A stretch of 64,000 nucleotides of DNA from Mytilus californianus (taxonomy: Eukaryota), in assembly GCF_021869535.1 (NCBI RefSeq), contig NW_026262582.1:26474001-26538000 (forward strand). Direction: 5' to 3'. Each line of letters begins with the position of its first letter. The first letter of the stretch is position 1. The notes under the pieces are model-generated. The model ran no database searches and was not told the origin of the DNA. It saw nothing but the letters and a program-made list of their open reading frames with translations. The position numbers and the translations under genes were made by a program. Positions 52,651 through 63,293 of this stretch are shown one piece after another.

Positions 52651-54154
52651 AACATTACGTGTTTGTTTCATAAGAATCCTTAATTTTGATTTGCTGAAAA
52701 TAATTGCAATGCTTTATGATATCACATAGTATTTCTGAATAAAGTTCTACATTCATGACAACATCATAGAAAATGTGTTATATCTATGTCACCAACTAGC
52801 TTCATTTGAACATGCCATTAATAAATTCTTGAACATGATGAATTTAAGTTAACAGTTATGTGTCAGATATTTTCTACTAATTAAAAAATCTTTAAGGTTG
52901 ATCATCGGTATATATTCCTCAGATAGAATTTTCATATACTCCGCCAAAATGTAGATTTTACCATGCTTTTTCCACAAATATAATAAAAAGTATGAGTAAC
53001 CGTGCTATTTTGTAAGCTAAACATCTGGCAAAACTGCCCAGTTTTGCATAGAATATCCCTAAATAAACACTTTTTTTGTGAATAAAAAAAAATTTATGAG
53101 ATAGAATTTTGAAATAAAATATGAAAAGATAGGTTTTATAATATGCTTTAGGAAAATAAAATGCAAAAATGATGTCACCGAAATTGTTTTCTTGCTACAA
53201 GTAAAACATGGCAATTTCTTTAACTTTTCTTTTAACGAATTTTACTATAACAGTTATTTCCCCTCGATGGCCATGTTTAATAAATGATTCGAACATTAAC
53301 AAATATTTCGTATTTGTTAGAAATGTGTTAATAATGCAATAAATCACTTATTTTCATTCATTCAAATAACCAGTTTTACAAATTAATTGCCAATCTGTCT
53401 CAAAATTTGTAGAATTTAGCAAAAAACTAGACCGAATCTGTACTGCTTTTTACAATTCAAAATGACAGTATACAGTTAATCTACTTTAAAAGACTCTGTT
53501 TCAGAAAATATATTCCAAGTTTGTTTACAAATACAGTTAATAATACTTTTTCAGAAATGCATCATACTGTAACCCAACTTGTTTTCCAAGGCCATCCATT
53601 TCCGCCATTTAGACTAGTAGAGACAAATTTAAATTTAAAGTTTTGCGAACATTGGAAACTTGGATCTATTCGAATATGAAAACATCAGAAAAGTGAAAAA
53701 ATCGAAATATGTCGGCTGCATATCAAAAACGCGTATAATAGTATTCGGGAAAATAAATCTAGATGCAATTTCTTGTATTTTGTTTAATGACAAAAAAGGT
53801 TACAACTACACATAAACATAAAGGGTGACATATGGAAGATCTAAACTAATGGTCAGGTGTATTCAGCATATGCATATCCTAAATTTAGGGCTTCAAACCT
53901 ATTGCAATTTTTGTCCGATGAATTGTCAGTTTTAGCTAAGCGATAATACGTACATTTTCTTACTTGCTGCATGCATTTTGAAATCAATCAGTACAGGACA
54001 GTTTGTGAGTGCTTTCAGTACTGTACTATTATGGAAAAAATAACTCTTAATAAATTGCGTGCATTAGAAGCGATGCTCAAATCCAAAAAAACTGAAAGCA
54101 GGGATGGCTAGGAGCCATATGACATAAAAAGAATAGTTTTATTCATCTAAGTAT

Positions 54155-54425
54155 AAAAAGAAGATGTGGTATGATTGCCAATGAGACAACTCTCCACAAG
54201 AGACCAAATGACACAGAAATTAACAACTATAGGTCACCGTACGGCTTTCAACAATGAGCAAAGCCCATACCGCATAGTCAGCTATAAAAGACCACGAAAA
54301 GACAAATGTAAAACGAGAAAACTAACGGCCTAATTTATGTACAAAATAATGAATGAAAAACAAATATGTTACACAGCAACAAACGACAACTATTGAATTA
54401 CAGGCTCATGACGGGACAGGCAAAT
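54155..54425 (+). repeat. Interspersed repeat family R1 (consensus-like)
   Basis: aagaagatgtggtatgattgccaatgagacaactctccacaagagaccaaatgacacagaaattaacaactataggtcaccgtacgg. Confidence 0.9.
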
Positions 54426-55850
54426 ACAGAATGTGGCGGGGTTTACTTTGTCTATGGGATATTAATTTATCAACGAGAAATGTAGATTAATTTTAGATAT
54501 TTTAGTTTTAAGTCAAAGTAGTACCTAAACACCGACTACTGAGCATATGATATCCTTGGGGACTAACATGCAATCATCAATAGTATCAACCGTGTGGTAG
54601 TAAAAGAAAATAGTACTTGATAAATGTCTCCAACGATCTTGTTGTTCTTAACATCATCTGAAATGTCTGAACAATAAAATGTTATTTCAGGTTGAGGTAT
54701 CAGGACCACCAATTCACCCACTTCAATTTAGAACGTATGTAAAAGTAGCCCTTCCCTGGAAAAATACTGCTTTTGATGTCATTGTTTACTTAAACTAACA
54801 AACAAATTTGCAAAATGAACTTTTTTGTGAAAGAGAAATGTATGTAGACCATTTTGAGCCAAAATGTTCTTGTCCATAAGTTGGATTAAAAATTAAGGAT
54901 TAATGCGCTCCATAATATATTTATTTAAGAATTCCAGAAAACCAGGGGTTATTTTTAGTAGTACTTGACTTCCGAACGATAGTATTTCATTACAAGACTT
55001 TAAACATTGGTTGCAATCAATTCAGTACTGTTCAGTAGCTTTTCAGAAAATTTAAGTAGAATGTTGATCTGTAAAGGATCTTCTTAATAGCAACTGCTGA
55101 ATATTTTGAACACAGACTGTACAGGTCTTAATTAATTGCAAGCGAAATGTCTGAATAGTTCTGACCTTATCGCAGTGAATAAGTCTGAAAGTTTACTTAA
55201 AAGCTGAAAATGTATTATTTAGTCCTTTAAGAGATGTTACATGTAAGATCAAAATGACATTTTCAGATTAAAATTGGTTTACTAGTGTAAGTTAAGTCAA
55301 TAAATAAACTGAAATTGGCAACATAACCATCTTCATATTAAACCTGCCGATAGTAGCTGTTCTTCGGGTTGTGGCCTTTTGTAGAAACCGGAACGTTTAT
55401 CAAACATCAATCAATTAATCGATTATAGCAATCGCCATTCTACATAATTTTGATAACGAATTATAAGCCTGTTTAAAAAATCTGAAAGCAATATTACTAC
55501 CTGTTTCAAAATTATATATGCATACTGGAGTTTTTCATTAATGGATACAAATTCTATTAAATTCATTGCTAAATTTACAACGCTACAAAGCTGCTTCCCT
55601 TGAGTATGGTACACAACAGAGCAATCCCATGTCATGAAAATAAATTGCTTATATTTCCGCCGACAAATAATCGATATACACGTAAAAAACCTTACAATCA
55701 ATGTCAAATATTTCAATGACCCGAATCAGCTCATTAATTTCCAAAAGCGAGGACGAACGGAGATGGTGTCGGGTGGTTTGTTTAATAGAAATATAAAACA
55801 TTCATGTAATAAGTTCTTCAACAAATCATGATGTGCATGTTGTTTTTCAG

Positions 55851-56213
55851 CTATAAAGACGGTGGACTATAATTTGATATATTTTTCAACCGGTGAAGCA
55901 TTAACTCTTTCATGTAATTGCAAAGTTTCGTTCTGGAATGGACCTGTAGTGACACATATGGGAAATGGGATATCGCCAGTTCCGATAACTGATATCTACG
56001 GCAACCTTAAAGTATTGAATGTATCCATTTACATGCAAAGGGGTATACTAGCAAATACGCTCTCCAAGAAACTTTTCAAAAGACTAAATGTAGTTGGTGA
56101 CGACTTTGGTCTTCAAATAACAAACTTGTCTACCTCGGACGAAGGTTTATACATATGTGAACTAAATGCATTTTGCTTCATAAAACAAAAACGATATCTT
56201 CTTCAACATAAAT
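55851..56213 (+). CDS. Ig-superfamily receptor copy B exon: N-terminal V-like Ig domain (open)
   Basis: ttttcag acceptor and gtaagt donor; 363 nt, phase 1-1. Reads LTLSCNCKVSFWNG..FGLQITNLSTSDEGLYICELN. Confidence 0.88.
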
Positions 56214-56834
56214 GTAAGTAGATATTTACTATCAGGTATAAAAATAAATCAAGTATTTTGTTATTATTAATGAGTACAATGTTTATCATTTTGTAATTGT
56301 GTCTTCTACTCTAAATTGATATCATCTTCCCAGAGTCGCATACCCGATATTCCATAGTGTAAAACTCGTAGAATGGATGCATCGAAAGACATTTGATACA
56401 GTATAGCATGCATCTATTTAGAAAACACCTTGATTTGTAAATACTTATCCTACGTTTAGCTGGTTGATTTTTGGAATTGCTTGTTCTAATTACTATTTGA
56501 CAGTGACGACTAGGAGAACATGCAAATATTTACATGGAACATGTAAGATTATAGAACTAAAAGCGGTTTTTTCAATTATTTATGTGAAATGAATGCATTA
56601 TGAGCAAGTGAGGAATCACATTTTGTATGGAAAAAATGCGATTCGTCTCTTGATTTCACTTCGATTTTGTCTAAACAGTTTTCAATGCTTATATTTTCAT
56701 TTTTTTTTTTACATTTCCTCCAAACATATACAGTGTATATAGATATTATATATATGTATGGTGTCTAAAAATAGCAACAATCAACATGCAATCTATCTAA
56801 GCGTTGATCCGTTTGTAAATAATGCAGAATTATA

Positions 56835-57235
56835 TAAATGCCTAAGAATGTAACTTAAACACACTAATGAGTGTTATAAAAATAGTTGTTATATTTTATA
56901 TATTCACGCAATAACTCGCTAAACAAATTAGCTTCATCAGGCGCGTGCAGCTATCTAGGATAAAAAAAATCGGAGGTTGTAAAGAAATTTTTGCAGCTTA
57001 TTGTACATTGCGATTCTTAAATCAAAACAAATAATTGTGTTAGTATTATAAATCCTGAACTTCATACTAATTAACTAACACAATTATTTGTTTTGATTTA
57101 AGAATCGCATTGTACAATAAGCTGCAAAAATATATTAAAGACATGTACATTAAGCAGCAAACCTTTCTGCAAGCGCCTGATGAAGCTAATTTGTTAAGCG
57201 AAATATTGTGTTAAAGTTACATTCTTAGGCATTTA
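56835..57235. mobile_element. 400-bp foldback MITE
   Basis: Three nested inverted blocks: taaatgcctaagaatgtaactt, caaattagcttcatcaggcgc and a ~58-bp block atttttgcagcttattgtac..aataattgtgttagt. TA-rich flanks. Confidence 0.85.
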
Positions 57236-57266
57236 GATATATATATAAATTGTTTCAATTTAGACT

Positions 57267-57302
<36 letters not shown>

Positions 57303-57304
<2 letters not shown>

Positions 57305-57990
57305 AGTCTAAAGATTTGCACAACGGTACTAATATAAGATGGTAATATACGAAGATGATGCTATAAAATCGTGATGACAAATATTTCGACTTAACAAATA
57401 GCATTCGTCAGTGTCAATAAATTTAACAATACTAATTGTATGTTAAAAATAGCTCAATAATACAGGTAAGTTTTTGTCTATTGATTTAATCCCAAATCTT
57501 GAACATCATAATATAAAAAACGTCTCGATACTCAATAGACGTGACTGTGTATACATGTATATACATCCCAAAATGAGTGAAAATAAAAGTGCTAGTATTT
57601 TTTTATTGATGACGTTTGGATGATGTACATTTAGTTCCTTTATCCAAAAGCTTTCCCGAACCTATCTCTGGGCATCACTCCAGTGAATGTTCTGTTCAAA
57701 CACTAGGATTTCCATGCGGTTAAAGTCATCAAGTTTATGACCCGATTGTCTGAAATGCTGACTAACTGGGAGAAGTGGCTTCTTAGAGATATCACTCCTA
57801 TGGCCATTGAGGCCTTTGTGGAAAGGCTGATTTGACTCACCAACATATTAGGCCACAAACTGAACATTCTAGAATGTAAATAACATTCATACTTTTGCAG
57901 TTCACATTGCAAAATATCCTATAATTATTTTCGGTTGCCTGAATGTAAAATGTTGATAAGTGATGCATCTGTAGGCAGCATTTACAGCAT
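57303..57990 (-). mobile_element. Penelope-like (Neptune/Poseidon-type) 3' fragment with GIY-YIG endonuclease, next to (TA)n
   Basis: Paralogous to 61677-62360; decayed GIY-YIG frame; (TA)n at 57269-57301. Confidence 0.85.
57374..57417 (-). ncRNA. Minimal hammerhead ribozyme motif in the PLE 3' repeat (stem II decayed)
   Basis: Reverse complement uugaca-CUGACGA-augcu-auuuguu-aaguc-GAAA-uauu-ugucau. Confidence 0.55.
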
Positions 57991-58618
57991 TTGCAGCGAT
58001 ATATATATATCTGTCATCGACATTCTAAATCTAAAAGTATAGCAATGTATAGTTTTAAACATAAAATTTAAGTAACAATTGTGTTGTGATATTAAATAAG
58101 TATTTTCTCATTTCACATCAATAACCATTTTCAGAGTTTAATTAGTTCTGGGTAATATTTTCAAACGCGTACACCAAAACGTTGTAAAACGTACTGTTAA
58201 TTCAAATTGAACATATGACATGACGTATTTGTTTTTTTTTTTAAATTACTCATGAGCCTTTAGATTCTGAAACGTCGAATTTAACACCATAGAGTTGAGC
58301 TCTGCATAATAAAAAATAACATTCCGAAGTTAATAGCTGATTCAATTTGTATTCAATTCAAATAATTATGATGTATTATAAGATAATATTGTATTGTTAC
58401 ATAGTTTAATTAATTATTACATTCACAACAAATAAGGAAACTACTTTTTTTCAAATAGACATTTATAATTGACTAATAAGGTCCTCCATTTTTTGTATTG
58501 ATTATACATCAATTTGAATAGTAAAACGAAATCAGGCTATTCGTTGGGCACTCAATTAAAACTATGTTTACAAGTTGGTCGAAACACCTTCTTCGTGATA
58601 ATATATTTCATATTTCAG

Positions 58619-58900
58619 TGCGTCCATCAAAATTAGAAATTCTAAACGTAACTCGTGATGATACTGTAAACGGAAAAGAAAATTGTCAACTGAATCTTGT
58701 TTGCTTGGTTAAAAGAGGGAAACCACCTGAAGTACTTAAATGGAGAAAGAATGGATCTATTATAAGGCATGGAGGATCAAACAGACTTGTCTATACCTTT
58801 GTTCCCAATAAAACTGATCATCAATCTATTTATACATGCGAAGCACAAAATCCAGATATGGAAAAACCGCTTACCAAGTCAATTCATCTAAACATTAAAT
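58619..58900 (+). CDS. Copy B exon: Ig domain 2 (open)
   Basis: 282 nt, phase 1-1: LNLVCLVKRGKPPEVLKW..YTCEAQNP. Confidence 0.9.
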
Positions 58901-59056
58901 GTGAGATTTGTATGTTTATGTTTAAAGTTATCAAGCTTTCTTCATTGCAAGTATCTGTAAATAATACCAGCAATTATGCTTCAAAACTATGCATACAAGT
59001 CAAAGTAATGGTTATATTTTCTCAGGAAAATAACCAAACCTATCTCTAATTATAAA

Positions 59057-59300
59057 AAAAGATGTGGTACGATTGCCACTGAGACAACTCTCTGCAAGAG
59101 ACCAAATGACACAGAAATTAACAACTAAAGGTACAGCCTTCAACAATGAGCAAAGCCCATACCGCATAGTCAGCTACAAAAGACCCCGAAATGAAAAAAA
59201 TAAAACGATTCAAACGAGAAAACTAACGGCCAAATTTATGTACAAAAGAATGAACGAAAAACAAATATGTAACATAGAAACAAACGACAACCACTGAATA
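59057..59300 (+). repeat. Interspersed repeat family R1
   Basis: Near-identical to 54155-54400. Confidence 0.9.
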
Positions 59301-60289
59301 CTGTTTTAACTATGCATTGAATAAAATGCAGTGATTTTAAAACATAAGGCCAAATAGGATTATTAAAATTTTATGTTTGGAGCGCATATGTTCTTATTAC
59401 ATGTAAATTTGTCAAAAAATGATGATGCAAAAAACTTTCCTCAAATTATTTATAGAAAAGAAAAAAAAGAAATAACACGTTATCAATTATTATTTGAAAT
59501 GTGAACACGGAGGTACGATGGGTAAACATTAAATGAAGCGTATAAAGGCCAGAGTGATTATATTTTATTACAGGGAGCTACACAACAGGTGTCACATGGG
59601 GATCGGACTCTTCTTCCTGGACTCATGAGAACACATCCGCTTTTTTGGTGGGGTTCGTGTTGCCCGGTTTTAGATTTCTTTTTGGAATTTATATACTGTA
59701 TGTTTCGTTTGCCATTTCGGTGTCAGTTTGTCATCGTATTTTACATTTGAATATCCCTTTGGTATCATCCGCCCCTCTTCTATTACATGTACATTATCTA
59801 TACTATTGTGTCCAGGCCAAAAAAAAATCATCTGACATCTAAATTAGGTGACATGAAATTTATTCAAATGGAACAAACAGTATACGTCAATGTGGAGCTC
59901 TTATTTTTACAGTTTTATTCAGAAGAAACACCGACATAGCTAGATAATACAATTAATTATCTAATTACTACCACAATTTGATATTAATAAGTATTGTAAT
60001 TATTATTGTTATTAATAAATGTAATGTCAGTATTACGAATCTAATCTTGAATCAATCCTAATCCTATCTTATTTTTGGAAATATTTTTACAAATTCAAAT
60101 GTGACGTCACTTTGGGTGTTTTTTTAGAATTTCAAATGTGACGTCACTTTGTGCGTTGAGGCTTTGGCTAAATCGGCTTGGTATTTTTAAGTGTTGGATT
60201 AAGTTGTTTTATGTAATGTATCCGTTTTTATTCTGTAGTTAGTCCCCACTTTGGTTTTATCATGTATATCTACTATATAGTCATTTTAT

Positions 60290-60530
60290 AAAATTTACAG
60301 TTTGCAAAATTATAAATTATTCTAAATAATAAGGATGTTCTTGTCCCAGGCAGAAAATCCTGGCCGTGTTAGGTGCAATTTTTTGGAAGTTTTGGTCCTC
60401 GTTGCTCTTCAGCTTTGTACTTGTTTTGGCTTTCAAACTGTTTTCATCTGAGCGTCACTGGTTGGTCTTGTGTGGACAAGACGCACGTCTGGCGTATTGA
60501 ATTTTAAGCCTAGTACCTTTTGTTAGCTAA
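60290..60530 (+). mobile_element. Retrozyme-like repeat, strongly decayed hammerhead (about 60450-60497)
   Basis: gagcgtcactggttggtcttgtgtggacaagacgcacgtctggcgta, in the same flanking context as the other copies. Confidence 0.65.
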
Positions 60531-61548
60531 TATTCATGTGTTTCTTTGTCCTATATGTTCTCCCATTTATTTGTATTGTGGTCCTGTCATGTGATGTTGT
60601 CGTTTTGGTGTTGTGTTTGACGTTGCCATGCAAGCGGGAGGTTTGGCATGCCACAAAACCAGGTTCAACCCACCATTTTTTTTCTTAAAGTGTCCTGTAC
60701 CAAGTCAGAAAAATGGCTATTGTTATATTATAGTTCGTTTCTGTGTGTGTTACATTTTAATGTTGTGTTTTTGTTGTGTCGTTGTTCTCCTCTTATATTT
60801 GATGCGCTTCCCTCAGTTTTAGTTTGTAACCCGGATTTGTTTTTATCTCTATCGATTTATGAGTTTCGAACAGCGGTATACTACTGTTGCCTTAATTTAT
60901 ATCAGCAGCTGACATACGGCCGAATATAAATCCTTACATTATATGATATAATTGTATTTGTCACTTTGCATTTGGGATATGAAATCGGGCATTATCTGAA
61001 TAAAACTCAATCAATCTTCAATAACACGATAACATTCACTTTCTGCTATTTTCCTTAAAACGTATCTTTACACAGTGTGATATTGTATAGGTCATTTAGT
61101 AGATGAATACTAAACCCGACGAACGTCAATCCAAAAACCAATGAAGTTTTAAACTGTATCGGTGCTACGGAATCATGATTGGTAATGTAAACATGTGCTT
61201 GATGTATCAAATATGTACCCACTATTTTCTACATCAGGAAATACCTCACCAAGTCAATAACATGACAGTTGTTTTCCATTCGTTTGATGTGTTTGAACTT
61301 TTGGTTTTGCCATTTCATAAGGGGCTTACCGTTTTCAATTTTCCTTGGAATTCGGTATTTTTGTTATTTTACTTTTCAGTACATTAAAATGTATGTCGGC
61401 ATCTTTATAAAAATGTTGAAGACGAAAACACTGGCAGTACTCCTAAAACCCCTCTTTTACTTTAAGCGTATTAATGACTGATTCTGAAGATTCACATTTG
61501 AATGTAGTACTTAGATTTGTATATTGCATTTCCCTTCCAATCATAGTA

Positions 61549-61587
<39 letters not shown>

Positions 61588-61589
<2 letters not shown>

Positions 61590-62463
61590 GTCTATAAAAA
61601 GGACCAACCAGCAAATTTACTATGTACCGGATCGTCTAGAATAGACGATACTGTGCAGATAAGGAAAAAATTATATAAGTCTAGAGATTTGCACAACGAT
61701 ACTAATATAAGATGGTATTATACGAAGATGTTGTTAATAAATCGTGTTGACAAATATTTCGGCTTAACAAATAGCCTTCTTCGGTGTCAATTATTTTAAC
61801 AATACTGATAATATGTATAAAAATAGCTCAATAATACAGGTAAGTTTTGGTCTATTGATTTAATCCAAAATCCTGAACATCATAATATAAAACAAAACTC
61901 AATACTCAAATATACGTGACTGTGTATATTTGCAACCCAAAATGAGTGAAAAATAAAACTTAGTATTTTTTATTGATGCCGTTTGGATGATGTACATTTA
62001 GTTCCTTTATCCAAAAGATTTCCCGAACCTGTCGCTGGGCATCACTCCAGTGAATGTTCTGTTCAATCACTAGGATCTTCATGCGGTTAAAGTCATCAAG
62101 TGTGTGACCAGACTGTCTGAAATGCTGAGAAACTGGGAGAAGTGGCTTCTTAGAGATATCACTCCTATGGCCATTGAGGCGTTTGTGGAAAGGCTGCTTT
62201 GACTCACCAACATATTGGAGGCCACAAACCGAACATTCTAGAATGTAAATAACATTCATACTTTTGCAGTTAACATTGCAAAATATCTTATAGTTATTTT
62301 CGGTTGCCTTACTGTGAAAAGTTGATGAGTGATGCATCTGTAGGCAGCATTTGCAGCGTTTTTCATCACACGAACGACATTCTCCAGAAGTACTTCCACA
62401 AACGCCTCAATGATGCGTATAATACCATCTTATATTAGTATCGTTGTGCAAATCTCTAGACTT
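61588..62463 (-). mobile_element. Penelope-like 3' fragment: Cys-rich linker plus GIY-YIG endonuclease ORF (61960-62390), with 48-bp inverted terminal repeats
   Basis: CRSCDEKRCKCC..NVIYILECSVCGLQYVGES..RLNGHRSD..REIFWIKEL..PNGIN. 61677-61724 and 62416-62463 are exact reverse complements; (TA)n on both sides. Confidence 0.92.
61747..61790 (-). ncRNA. Minimal hammerhead ribozyme motif in the PLE 3' repeat (one core substitution)
   Basis: Reverse complement uugaca-CCGAAGA-a-ggcu-auuuguua-agcc-GAAA-uauu-ugucaa; stems I and II pair perfectly. Confidence 0.6.
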
Positions 62464-62500
62464 ATATATATATATATATATATGCATAATTACTTTTCAG

Positions 62501-62767
62501 ATACGCCGTCCGTTAGAATAAATGTAAGCAGTTATTTAACAGTGGTGGAAGGTGAAATCGCACATATCTGTTGTATATCAAGGAGTAATCCGAACCCGAC
62601 ATCAATATCCTGGTATGAAGAGGATAAAAAATTAGTTTCAACATTTAGTAATTCTTCACTGTGCTATAAGATGAGTAATGTGAGTCGTAATGCCACTGGC
62701 AAGTACACATGCAGTTCCCGGAACGAGATTGGTGATGCATCTAGTGAGATCTCGCTAATTATTTCAT
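62501..62767 (+). CDS. Copy B exon: Ig domain 3 (open)
   Basis: 267 nt, phase 1-1; about 76% identical by hand count to 34939-35205. Confidence 0.9.
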
Positions 62768-62990
62768 GTAAGAATTTCACTTCCAAATATCTAATATTTC
62801 TTCGAATTTTTTCGAAATAAATTATGATAACGTCACAAGAACGATCAGGTGTTTTTTGTTTATCTTGTCAAAATTTCGAATAGTTGCTGAGTAAGAAGTA
62901 ATTCATGATTCACCATATTTTACCCCTTCACAAAACAAGATGCATATACAATCCTCAAGATCATTAAAATTAACCAATTTTTATTTATAG

Positions 62991-63293
62991 ATCCTCCTGT
63001 CATTAATTTTCGGTACAGAAATTTGACTGAATATAGCAAAAGAGAAATTCGATGTCTTGCCAAAGGGGAACCAAATACGTATAATTACTTTATGTGGGAA
63101 CACCAATCCCTGTTTAACGAACATATAAGATATCTAAACGAGGCAGATGATGGAATTCTTCGACTGCCAGAAATCAACGGATCAAACATTTACCAAGATA
63201 CAGGGTTTTATATATGCAATGTTTCAAACGGGATTCCTGATTAACGTGGGAATGTTTTTCAGCTAGGTAGAGCGTACTACCTTGTATCGATAG
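62991..63293 (+). CDS. Copy B exon: Ig domain 4 with in-frame TAA at 63242-63244
   Basis: ttatag acceptor and g|gtata donor. Reads PPVINFRYRNLTEYSKREIRCLAKGEP..YQDTGFYICNVSNGIPD*RGNVFQLGRAYYLVSI; copy A has TAT at this codon. Confidence 0.8.

Noticed and set aside
55423-55831. ORFs 55423-55716 (-) and 55634-55831 (+) and other short ORFs in the track
   Set aside because: They have no motifs, no splice support and AT-rich composition; many overlap repeats.
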